In this document: positions 52,118 to 61,097 of the stretch, piece by piece | How the letters are laid out: each line of letters opens with the position of its first letter | How positions within the stretch are numbered: position 1 is the stretch's first letter | Assembly: GCA_965231215.1 (NCBI GenBank) | Contig: OZ246423.1 | Coordinates: forward strand, 256,001 to 320,000 | From: Candidatus Altimarinota bacterium | Lineage (GTDB): Bacteria; Patescibacteriota; Gracilibacteria; UBA4473 | DNA length: 64,000 nucleotides | Direction of reading: 5' to 3' | The notes under the pieces: generated by a model | The model's database searches: none | What the model was told of the DNA's origin: nothing | Seen by the model: only the letters and a program-made list of their open reading frames with translations | Program-made: the position numbers and the translations under genes

Positions 52118-52123
52118 GAGAGA

Positions 52124-52906
52124 TTACTTTATGTTCGGGGAGATCAATTCAGGCTGAAAGTGATCGACATACAAAGCGTGTCCTTCATAAAAGAATCGGA
52201 GAACCTGATCGAGCCGAGCCCTCAAATGACGGGATAATTTTTCACACTCCCTCAAAAATTCATCGGTTTCATAACGCATTCGAGTTCTAGTACTTGCACC
52301 ATTCACACTCGATATATCCATCCATCCTGTTTGATGATAAAGACTTAGATTGGTAACGGCTCCACTTGGTTCTAAAACTCTCATAACAAGACGTTTTTGT
52401 CGGTGATGTAGTTCTTGGTCATCAAGGCTTGGGAGTTCAGTAAGAGCTTCTGATAAGTCATAGGGGTAAGTATGAATTTCTTTATACCCACCTTCAGGAG
52501 TCAAACCTAAGAGCGTAACCTCAAAAGAAGTTACTCCTGTTGGTTTTAGCAGAATTTTACTTGATTGCTCATCCTGAAAAGGATGGGCGGGTACACTAAC
52601 ACTTTCTCGCTTTTCTAGAGCTTTATCAATGTTGATTGGCTCTATGTGCATTAAAAACGGATCAATGTAAAAATTATTTTTTCTGTCTGAACAAACAATA
52701 GCATAGTGCAATATCCCCCCCTCTGTTACCGACCTCAAAAATTTTACCTTATAGCCTTCCGTTTTTAAAAGTTCTGATAACTGTTTACACTGTTGAACAC
52801 AGTTACCACCAAAATTTTCAGGGTAGATCATTCCCGAATTTACAAGAATTTTCCCAAAAGAATTATAGGGAGTAGTTTCTACAATTTGACTCAAGGCTTC
52901 TTTCAT
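52124..52906 (-). CDS. Hypothetical protein with a possible Cys-His-Asp (N-acetyltransferase/transglutaminase-like) triad
   Basis: FGGNCVQQC...ILHYAIV...FYIDP order and spacing resemble NAT GGxC / H / D. Confidence 0.55.
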   Translation of the reverse strand: MKEALSQIVETTPYNSFGKILVNSGMIYPENFGGNCVQQCKQLSELLKTEGYKVKFLRSVTEGGILHYAIVCSDRKNNFYIDPFLMHIEPINIDKALEKRESVSVPAHPFQDEQSSKILLKPTGVTSFEVTLLGLTPEGGYKEIHTYPYDLSEALTELPSLDDQELHHRQKRLVMRVLEPSGAVTNLSLYHQTGWMDISSVNGASTRTRMRYETDEFLRECEKLSRHLRARLDQVLRFFYEGHALYVDHFQPELISPNIK

Positions 52907-52956
52907 TTTTTAATGCATATTAGAAATGTAAATAAAAATAGTCAAGGGTTTTCACT

Positions 52957-53085
52957 CTCATTTCCTCATATCGAACCCTGGGCTTGGGTTCAAAGCCCAA
53001 CTCCAAAATATATTTTAAAAAACAGACTCAAGGTCTGTGTTTTTAAATATGGCTGGCTTGTGTGGATGAAGTTAGGAAGATTATT
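52957..53085 (+). repeat. Element copy B, right part including core
   Basis: About 100 bp with ~3 mismatches to 60836-60935; contains hairpin aaacagac..gtctgtgttt and core tggctggcttgtgtggatgaagttaggaagattatt. Confidence 0.92.
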
Positions 53086-53113
53086 TTAGAGTCCAAACAA
53101 CATCTATTATTTC

Positions 53114-56100
53114 TTAGGAGCTTGAAATTACAGTAAAAGGAATTTGATATGTCTCTTGCAAATAAGACTCAGTTACTCCTAGCAATGACAAACAAGTATT
53201 TCCAATATTAGCTTTAGATATACCTGGTTGCACCACATAGATGTACATTTCAACATCTAGGTAATCTTCAGACTGTCTTTGCAATATTTGAGCAAGGTCA
53301 GTATCGCCAACTTCAAAGCCATTAACTCCAGTTGTCTCAGACCTGCGAATCATATGGTGGAAAATTTTTGGAACATTTGTTCTCCACTGAATACTTTTTT
53401 GGGCTTGCCCACAAACATTATAAAGATCGCCAACTCTATCTCCGGGAGAATCTCCAGATGAGAATTTGCAGTGGTAAAATTCAATCCGTAGCACATTATC
53501 GTCTTTTTTAATTGCTATGATATCCGCCATTTCTCCGGCTCTATCATCATCAAATATGATGTCATAGCTTTCTGACTTTAATTTCTCAATAACCTTAAAT
53601 TGAATAGATGTGGGATCTTTCTCATTTCCTTGAGATTCTTTTCTAATATTTACGCCAGTCCAATCCCAAGCAGATATTTTTTCTTGATTGTAAAGAGTGA
53701 CGTCTGCTCTTGGTTTAGCTAAAATACTTCCCTCCAACAATGATCCATCAGAAAATCTTATAACTGGTGGATTGTCATGAAAATAATCAACTAAATTTTG
53801 GCCTTGTGAATTAAAGAATATCTTTAAGGGTGGGCTACTTTCTTCTGTAAAACTTACAGTACTCATGTCTCCTTCTGGCGAAAGTTGTAAGGACATCGAA
53901 TAGGTAGACTCAAAATCTGTAGTAAAAACTTTGAACTTTATTGCTTCTGAACTTTTAGAACTTATTTCAATTCCCACTTCATCAATTGGTATTTTAGAAG
54001 TTCCGTGCTGAATCCATATTGCAGTTTGAGTGTCAGTATAAATGGATTCGTCCCATTCGATCGTTACCGGCTCACTTTCCGGAATAGACAATGCAGTTTC
54101 CGTAATTAGTGAGTTTTTTAGGAAATCATAAGCTTCTATACTTTCATCCAACAACTTTGCCCCTAAATGCTCACACCAAAGCTTAAAGTCTCTAATATTT
54201 GTCACTTGTCTTGACCAAATCCTGCCTTTATAAGAACAGCCTAAACTAGTTTTCTCGCCTGCCTCAAAGCCTAACCCGAATAAATTAGATTTTATCTTTG
54301 TACTAGTTTGGGGATCGCTAAGCCCCTTTTCAACATCAACCCCTGAGTACATTGTATATCGGATTGCTTTACCCCAATTAGATCTCAGGCCGATGTTTTT
54401 AAATATGATTCTTTTCAAATCGTGAAAAGCTCTAAAAATAGTTTCTCCTTCAACTATATGAGCTTCACCCGAAGAAAGTGCCTTAGCTACATTTTCATGG
54501 AGGCTGCCGTTGTTTGAGCTATTTATAAATAATAGATTTTTTTCTCTATCCCAATAAATCAAATATAAGTCCCACTCTAAATTTCTTATGTGTTTAAAGA
54601 ATCCCCATTCCACATATTTTTTGCTACCTTCAACTACAACTAATACATTCTCTCTTTCACTATGAGTGTATTTAATAATTTTCTTTTCTGAGGTTTTACC
54701 AAATATCTCAATAACTGCATCTTCATTAGACAGGTCAACATCACCACTGATTTTAAACACAACTGTACTCATTTTTGGCCTAATGTTTTGAAGGCCAATA
54801 GATTCATTTTCTGTATCGAAGCTTTGAATAAAATCATTTAATGAAATCTGTCGTTCAATTTCATTTTCACTCCAAACTTGGAGTATAAGATTCCAATCTG
54901 GGTTAGCAGAATATAGCTCTCTCAAAATCTTACTCGAATTAGGACTTGTTATATCAGCTATTACTTGTGCTTCTCCTAAATTTAAATCATGAGAATAACG
55001 AGTAAAACGACCAACAAACTGCAATGTAATCGGCAGACTTTTATGAATATCATGTATTGCAGCGATTTTAAGCTCAGGTAGATCAAAGCCCTCACCAAGC
55101 ATGTCTACACAGACTACAATTTTTGACTGATGCGACTTTAGCTGCTCAAATGCATAATTTTTTTCAGCTGGAGACAACTCGGAATGAATAATTACAGGAT
55201 TCAAATCCGAAGCTAGGTCTTGATATATTCGAAATACATCTCTTGAGCGAGGGATTGTTTTTGTACGTACCATCATTAAATGATCTAGATTCCTCTCATC
55301 TAAATCTCTTCTGAGAATCTCAGTAGATTTCTCTGCAATTGCTCTATCTACCTTGCTTTCGTCCCACTCTCGGATTCCGGTGAAATTTATCTTCTTAAAG
55401 TACTCATCTTCAAAAGCATCTTTTAATTTATAATTAAATATTGTTCTGCCATCAACATGCTCACCATCATTGCGGAATGGTGTTGCAGTAAATTGCATCA
55501 CAGGCTTATGTCTTTTGACGAAACCTTTTTTAATTTTATCCCAAGTTTTAGCCGTAACATGATGTGCTTCATCCACGAATAAATGTGTAAAGACGGTAGA
55601 TAGATGTTCAAGAATAGCCTCATCGCACCGACCTAAACTGCTTGGGGTTGCTATTACTATGTTTGAGTGTGAAACAATTTCGTTTATTTCAGAGAGCGAC
55701 TTAGGTATGTGTTCAATGACTCCAACTGAAGGTAGCATCGTTTGTTCATTAAAACCTTCTAGTCTGGATATAAATCCCAAGGATTTAAACTTCCGAAAAG
55801 TTTGTTCTCTAAGGGGAACTGAAGGAACAAGGATCAAAACTTTTTTACATTGATTCAGGAGTATTGATCCAATCATAGTCTCTGTTTTTCCTGTTCCAGT
55901 CGGCATGATTATATTTACAACTTCGGTAGAGCAGGTTAAGTACCCTAATATTGAGAACATTGCACCTCTTTGAGGACGCCTGAGTACTTTGTCATTTTCA
56001 TTTACCTTTTCACGAAATGGGTCAAAACAGTTTTTCCAACTAGAAATTATCTGCTCGAGGGGTGCTTCGGGGTTATCAAATAAGCCATCATAAATAGCAT

Positions 56101-56170
56101 TGCACTCAACTTTTCCAAGCTGAACTTTTTTACTTATTCCACTGAACCCCATGCTCGATTGATCGCTCAT
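53114..56170 (-). CDS. SF2 DEAH helicase fused to a C-terminal putative PD-(D/E)xK-like nuclease; candidate defence protein
   Basis: MPTGTGKT, DEAH, TAT, GEGFD, QFVGR; C-terminal DDRAGEMADII...EFYHCK. Confidence 0.8.
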   Translation of the reverse strand: MSDQSSMGFSGISKKVQLGKVECNAIYDGLFDNPEAPLEQIISSWKNCFDPFREKVNENDKVLRRPQRGAMFSILGYLTCSTEVVNIIMPTGTGKTETMIGSILLNQCKKVLILVPSVPLREQTFRKFKSLGFISRLEGFNEQTMLPSVGVIEHIPKSLSEINEIVSHSNIVIATPSSLGRCDEAILEHLSTVFTHLFVDEAHHVTAKTWDKIKKGFVKRHKPVMQFTATPFRNDGEHVDGRTIFNYKLKDAFEDEYFKKINFTGIREWDESKVDRAIAEKSTEILRRDLDERNLDHLMMVRTKTIPRSRDVFRIYQDLASDLNPVIIHSELSPAEKNYAFEQLKSHQSKIVVCVDMLGEGFDLPELKIAAIHDIHKSLPITLQFVGRFTRYSHDLNLGEAQVIADITSPNSSKILRELYSANPDWNLILQVWSENEIERQISLNDFIQSFDTENESIGLQNIRPKMSTVVFKISGDVDLSNEDAVIEIFGKTSEKKIIKYTHSERENVLVVVEGSKKYVEWGFFKHIRNLEWDLYLIYWDREKNLLFINSSNNGSLHENVAKALSSGEAHIVEGETIFRAFHDLKRIIFKNIGLRSNWGKAIRYTMYSGVDVEKGLSDPQTSTKIKSNLFGLGFEAGEKTSLGCSYKGRIWSRQVTNIRDFKLWCEHLGAKLLDESIEAYDFLKNSLITETALSIPESEPVTIEWDESIYTDTQTAIWIQHGTSKIPIDEVGIEISSKSSEAIKFKVFTTDFESTYSMSLQLSPEGDMSTVSFTEESSPPLKIFFNSQGQNLVDYFHDNPPVIRFSDGSLLEGSILAKPRADVTLYNQEKISAWDWTGVNIRKESQGNEKDPTSIQFKVIEKLKSESYDIIFDDDRAGEMADIIAIKKDDNVLRIEFYHCKFSSGDSPGDRVGDLYNVCGQAQKSIQWRTNVPKIFHHMIRRSETTGVNGFEVGDTDLAQILQRQSEDYLDVEMYIYVVQPGISKANIGNTCLSLLGVTESYLQETYQIPFTVISSS

Positions 56171-56176
56171 TTTCTT

Positions 56177-56404
56177 CTACAGAGTAGGCAACCATATTAA
56201 CCCTTGACCCTCTTTTCTCAAAATTGGTTTATCACATATCTTAAACATTTCTTCATCGTGGTCAGAATCACCAATCGCCCAACTCTCATGTTGAGGGTAA
56301 TTCGTTAGTAAATCAGTTACAATGGCTCTTTTCCCTTTCGTTGGACATATGTCTCCAGAAACAGAAATATCTGCCGTCAGGGTATTGGAGCAGAACTTGT
56401 TTCT
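56177..56404 (-). pseudogene. 3' fragment of a HAD-family hydrolase, cut at repeat core C
   Basis: Hand-translated ...DICPTKGKRAIV...WAIGDSDHDEEMFKICDKPI...*; has the HAD Lys and GDSxxD motifs but no start and no motif I. Confidence 0.7.
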
Positions 56405-56441
56405 ATGGCTGGGAACGATTGACTGTATTAGAACTTACTTC
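56405..56441 (+). repeat. Element copy C (core only)
   Basis: tggctgggaacgattgactgtattagaacttacttc, near-identical to the core of copy D. Confidence 0.85.
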
Positions 56442-56473
56442 GTAAAAAATGATTTTGATGATACCATCCAAAG

Positions 56474-57046
56474 GTGAAAACAAACAAAGTGACTACCAAA
56501 TATTTTACTAACAGAGATGAATGGAGGGCCTGGCTTCAGGTCAATTTTGAAACCCAAGACGAAATTTGGCTTGAATACCCTCTAAAAAAAACCGGCAAAG
56601 CCAGAATCCTGTATAATGACGCTGTGGAAGAAGCCCTCTGTTTTGGTTGGATAGATAGCACAGTAAAGTCGTTGAATACTAACACTACTATTCAGCGTTT
56701 CTGTAAGAGGCGGAAAAACACTTCGTTTTCTCAACCAAATAAAGAGCGGCTAAAATTACTTTATATAATGAAGCTAATCCATCCATCTTTGATTCAAAAT
56801 ATTAAAGAAGTAATTTCAGAAAAATTTGTTTTTCCTGAAGATATTTTAGAAAAGCTAAAACTAGAAAAAATGGTGTGGGATAATTATCAATCTTTTTCAG
56901 AGCCCTATAAACGGATTAGGATCGCTTATATAAACGATGCAAGGAACAGACCGGAAGAATTTGAGAAGCGTTTAGCCAATTTTGCAAGCAAGACCAAACA
57001 CAATAAACTAATAAAAGGCTTTGGTGGGATCGATAAATACTATTAG
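56474..57046 (+). CDS. YdeI/OmpD-associated family protein
   Basis: F...EWRAWL, YNDAVEEALCFGWIDS, S..NKER, AYINDAR...KRL. Confidence 0.88.
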   Translation: MKTNKVTTKYFTNRDEWRAWLQVNFETQDEIWLEYPLKKTGKARILYNDAVEEALCFGWIDSTVKSLNTNTTIQRFCKRRKNTSFSQPNKERLKLLYIMKLIHPSLIQNIKEVISEKFVFPEDILEKLKLEKMVWDNYQSFSEPYKRIRIAYINDARNRPEEFEKRLANFASKTKHNKLIKGFGGIDKYY

Positions 57047-57052
57047 TTAAAA

Positions 57053-57149
57053 GGTTCTACGTCTACCCACTATTAAAACAAAAAAGCCAATCCTAGATTA
57101 GCTTTCAAGGGTGGCTGCGAACGATTGACCGTATTAGAACCTATTTCAC
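57053..57149 (+). repeat. Element copy D (left arm plus core)
   Basis: gtctacccac..aaaaaagccaatcctagattagctttcaagggtggctgcgaacgattgaccgtattagaacctatttc. Confidence 0.85.
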
Positions 57150-57225
57150 AAAAATAGACTAAACAAAGTTTTTGTGTTGAAAAATATTTACTGATTACTA
57201 TTTTGTTTCAGAATAATATTTTTTC

Positions 57226-60200
57226 ATGCCAGCTAATTCAGTAGATAACTTTCGGCCTTTATTTGATGATTTGGATGTAATGTCACTGTCTTCAGCTGAT
57301 TTAGGTGAAGAGGCGTTACAAAGCAGAGTAAGGAAGCTAATCGAATCTGGCCATTTACCACAGCCAGAAAATACTACTCCTTGGGAAGAGTTGTTAGTTA
57401 CTAATCGACTACCAAACCTAGAGGAGAATGAGAAAGCAGCTTTGGTAGATTTAATACTTGATGGTGGTGAAATTAATCGTAATTCTGTTCAAGGGGTTCT
57501 GAGCAACTGGCCAATTGTTCAACTTGAAGCTTTAAGTTTAATTCTCAATAAAGAAAGAGTATTAGCAGATGTTGAATTTGACGCTTTACTACCTGAATTT
57601 CCTTTCCCGATATTGCGGGGAAACCTTTTTGGTCGTTATATTTCTAAAAAAGCACCAGATATAACGAGAGCTACTGCTTCTTTAAAAGCTGCCATTCCTT
57701 TTTTCATAGCCGTTAGGCAGATTCTAGATGTCTTACAAGATGACCGTAATAACTGTATTATCTTAGATTTAGACAAAGACCGCAGTGCTAGTGGGTCTCA
57801 AGGAGTTGAAAAGGCGGCGATTGGAGAAGCTCTAAAAGGGCTTGAAGACATAATTATGAGCCATGCTAGATCTTTTAATAGAAGTGAAAAATTATCTAGC
57901 ACAGAAAGCCAAAGAATGGTTGAATTGGTAATGAAAGCTATTGAGAATAGCCATGATCTTAGTGCAAGTAGTACGAAGGGTATCAGAACCGTGATGTTAC
58001 CACTTTATAAAGAAACTCGAGCTTTCTTTGATTTTCGAAAATTTGCCACAGAAGCAGCATTACAATCTTCCGAACTAGCGCGTGTGAAACATCTATTTGG
58101 GTTAGATGAAGAACTAGAAGTTGATAAAGACTTAGAAACTGTAGAGCCAAAGAAAAAGAAGAAGAAAAAAAAGAAAAAGAAGAAGAGTCCGACTAAAATG
58201 AAATTAAGAGAGATCTTAGATTTCTTTGATGCTGATGACTTAGAACGTTTTAAAGCTGAAATTGCAGAAGCAAAACAAGATAACCAAAGGGTTTTAATTT
58301 TAGACGATCGAATTGATCCAAGACTTAGAGATTCAAAAGCTTCAACTATCTATCCACTAATCGAGGGCGTTTACAGATCTGGTGATGTTTCAGAAGAGGG
58401 ATTGCCAGCAGCTTCTGATGTTGCCTTTCTTACTAAACCAAGGACTGGTTACTACGATATTGCCGTTGAAGGTATGGAAGGAGCGACTTTTGAGCATAGA
58501 TTTAATGAATTTACACTTACTGATGCCGACACGCCTGACGTGTTAGATGACATCTTTGCTACTCTCGAACCAGACAAGCCAGTTGAAGCTTTACAATTTG
58601 CGGATGATCTTGTTCAGGAATTAGGAGTTGATGGAGCTAGTGTTGATTGGCAAGTAATTAGAAGAGCTGAAACACGCTACGGATCAGCCAGTAAGTTAAA
58701 CATTTTAAGGTATGTATTAGAGAGTGTTAAGAGTCTAAGCGAAGTTGACTTACGTTATGTTTTTTCTGTGCTATTAAGCCATGGAGTTTATGAAGTGCCA
58801 GAAGATTTAATTACTACTATGGTCAAGCGCTTTGGTGTCCCCGTCAGGCTTTGGGAGCAATACCACGCGTTTACAAAAAACTACCAACCACAAACTTTTG
58901 GAGAGAGTCCTGATACTTTTGTGCAATTAACGACCCTCAACGCTTACGCTAAATGCCGGCTTGACGCAGAAGGCGTACCAGCTGAAACTGATCAATTAAT
59001 TAAGCATCTTCATGATGGTAGAGTAGTTGTTTTGACTGATGATACTCGGTTTTCTGGTCAAGCTAATGCTGACTTAGAAGGTGTAGGTGAAAGTTCTGAA
59101 GAAAACGGTCAACCAACTATTCGCCCGAGTAGTAGAGTGCTTTACTCACTCATTGAAAGAACGGTGCAGGGTGAAGTCCCAGAAGATATGAAAGGTGCTT
59201 CTGTTGTTTCTATTGCCCCTAATGCCGTTTATATTTGGGGAGAGCGTTACACTTGGCCTAAAGATTTTAGTAAAGTCCGTGCCGAGCTAGCCAAACTAGT
59301 TATGCACAACCCTAATACCGTTGTTATTTTAGAGCCTGGAAACATTGATAGACCAGAGCAATTCAGAGAAGTGATTGATATTATTGGTGAATATGGATTA
59401 CGGCTTGTCATTAGAACCAACCAGTCTGTTTCGGATTTTCCGCAAGTTAATGTTGTACCCATCTTAGATGAAGAAATTGTTGACCGCCTTTACTACAGTC
59501 CAACGCTTCAACAAAAACTCGAACTGAGTGAACCGGTTGATAAAAGAGTTTTGAAGTACTTAAGCGAAGTCATTTCTCGGCGCTCCCCAGACCAAGATCC
59601 TTTAGTTTTAGCTTTGAATATACTAGATATTGCAGCAGCAAATATTAAAGCCGTTGGAGGTGACACCATTAGTCTTGGTGATATAACATTAGCAGCACCT
59701 TGGGCATTGGGAACCCCTGATCCATCAGCGTTGGAGCGTGGTAAAGAAAGAATCTTAAGAGCTGGAGAGAACATTAAAGGCCATCTTTCTGGTCAAGATA
59801 AAGCCATTGATATGGTAGCCGAATTAATGGTGGCTAAACTACAAGGGACAATGGATGACACTAAGCCTTGTGCCATTGTAATGCCCGGGCCCTCTGGAGT
59901 AGGTAAAACCGAGACTAGCTGCAGACTTGCTAGGGCTGCCGGGTTTAAATTTATCCCCCTTAACGGAAATATGTTCTCTGAGCCGAGTGCAGTACGTGAA
60001 CTATTTAAATCTGATGGGGTGTTTGCTAAAACTATTGCTGCAAATAAGAACGGTATTTATTTCTATTTAGATGAAATTGATAAAGCTGATATTTCACTCT
60101 TTCAAGCTATCCTACAGCTTGCAGATAGTGGTGCTTTTTACACAAGTGATGGTAAGGTAATTTATAATCCATCAGTAATTTTAGCACTCCCTACGAATGC

Positions 60201-60714
60201 TGCCGCAGACAAAGTATGGAAAGGAGCTGCCGATGAAGACATTAGAAACGCGCTAGACGAGAGTATGGTTCATAGAAATGGGAATAAAATTATTGGGGCG
60301 AGTAACCGTTTTTATGTTGTTCCGTTTACTGGTGTTGATAAACAATCATTTGAGCAAGCTATTGAAAAAGCCCTAATGGATACTAGTAACTATCCTGGCT
60401 TAAGAATGGCTGGTATTGATGTCACGGAAGTCACTCCGGCGGCTGTCGAATTGGTTTACAATTTCTGTGAAGAATCATGTCTTCGAGGCGGAACGAATCA
60501 AGGTGTAGGGTTTATTCCCCAGAGTCAGCAAAAAGCTAATTCCGAAACAGCAGAATATGAAAATTTACGACGCATTGGCTACGCTATACAAGCTTTAGCC
60601 AAAGACTCTTTTTCTAAAACTGTTAACGAAAAAGGCGGTTTAAAGTCAGTATTAAAAGGACGAAAAATGAAGTTATGTGCACAAGATGAGAAATTAGTCC
60701 TAATTGATATTTAA
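57226..60714 (+). CDS. Large protein with a C-terminal ClpA/B-like AAA+ domain and a 12-Lys tract
   Basis: GQDKAI, GPSGVGKTE, YLDEIDKA, LQLADSG match Clp NBD2; the preceding region looks like a degenerate NBD1; N-terminus not recognised. Confidence 0.75.
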   Translation: MPANSVDNFRPLFDDLDVMSLSSADLGEEALQSRVRKLIESGHLPQPENTTPWEELLVTNRLPNLEENEKAALVDLILDGGEINRNSVQGVLSNWPIVQLEALSLILNKERVLADVEFDALLPEFPFPILRGNLFGRYISKKAPDITRATASLKAAIPFFIAVRQILDVLQDDRNNCIILDLDKDRSASGSQGVEKAAIGEALKGLEDIIMSHARSFNRSEKLSSTESQRMVELVMKAIENSHDLSASSTKGIRTVMLPLYKETRAFFDFRKFATEAALQSSELARVKHLFGLDEELEVDKDLETVEPKKKKKKKKKKKKSPTKMKLREILDFFDADDLERFKAEIAEAKQDNQRVLILDDRIDPRLRDSKASTIYPLIEGVYRSGDVSEEGLPAASDVAFLTKPRTGYYDIAVEGMEGATFEHRFNEFTLTDADTPDVLDDIFATLEPDKPVEALQFADDLVQELGVDGASVDWQVIRRAETRYGSASKLNILRYVLESVKSLSEVDLRYVFSVLLSHGVYEVPEDLITTMVKRFGVPVRLWEQYHAFTKNYQPQTFGESPDTFVQLTTLNAYAKCRLDAEGVPAETDQLIKHLHDGRVVVLTDDTRFSGQANADLEGVGESSEENGQPTIRPSSRVLYSLIERTVQGEVPEDMKGASVVSIAPNAVYIWGERYTWPKDFSKVRAELAKLVMHNPNTVVILEPGNIDRPEQFREVIDIIGEYGLRLVIRTNQSVSDFPQVNVVPILDEEIVDRLYYSPTLQQKLELSEPVDKRVLKYLSEVISRRSPDQDPLVLALNILDIAAANIKAVGGDTISLGDITLAAPWALGTPDPSALERGKERILRAGENIKGHLSGQDKAIDMVAELMVAKLQGTMDDTKPCAIVMPGPSGVGKTETSCRLARAAGFKFIPLNGNMFSEPSAVRELFKSDGVFAKTIAANKNGIYFYLDEIDKADISLFQAILQLADSGAFYTSDGKVIYNPSVILALPTNAAADKVWKGAADEDIRNALDESMVHRNGNKIIGASNRFYVVPFTGVDKQSFEQAIEKALMDTSNYPGLRMAGIDVTEVTPAAVELVYNFCEESCLRGGTNQGVGFIPQSQQKANSETAEYENLRRIGYAIQALAKDSFSKTVNEKGGLKSVLKGRKMKLCAQDEKLVLIDI

Positions 60715-60724
60715 AAGTTCTGAG

Positions 60725-60935
60725 TCCACCCACCTCCCTTATTCCAAAAGGGTTAATCAAAGACTAGCTTTCAAGCGTGGGGGGATTACTCGCTTCGCTC
60801 ATGACTTCGTATCGAACCCCGCCCTTCGGGCTTACGGGTTCGAAGCCCAACTCCAAAATATATTTAAAAAAACAGACCCAAGGTCTGTGTTTTTAAATAT
60901 GGCTGGCTTGTGTGGATGAAGTTAGGAAGATTATT
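60725..60935 (+). repeat. Element copy E: intact ~210-bp element (left arm, tRNA T-arm-like hairpins, terminator-like hairpin, core)
   Basis: Contains both halves of copy B contiguously; tcgaaccc...gggttcga inverted repeat. Confidence 0.92.
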
Positions 60936-61036
60936 ACTAACTTCAAGGCAGAATTAGCCTATAGTCCTTTGAATACACCTACTACAATCTCAATAGTGAG
61001 CTAGACAGCAAGGTCATGAGGATTGAATGAACGTAC

Positions 61037-61066
61037 AAAAAAGCCAGACCTTACAGCCTGGCTTTT
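61037..61066 (-). terminator. Terminator after the 61098-62492 gene
   Basis: A6-gccag...ctggc-T4. Confidence 0.6.
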
Positions 61067-61097
61067 AACTTTTTTACTAAAATAAAGAAACTAGCCA

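Noticed and set aside
60704-60919. 71-aa ORF after the AAA+ gene (also 52793-53089 and 50221-50482)
   Set aside because: These lie largely across the repeat elements or antisense to real genes, so they are probably spurious.
50367-60935. Classical integron attC sites or IS terminal inverted repeats
   Set aside because: No consistent RYYYAAC...GTTRRRY ends, no intI or transposase, and the copies are direct rather than inverted around cargo.
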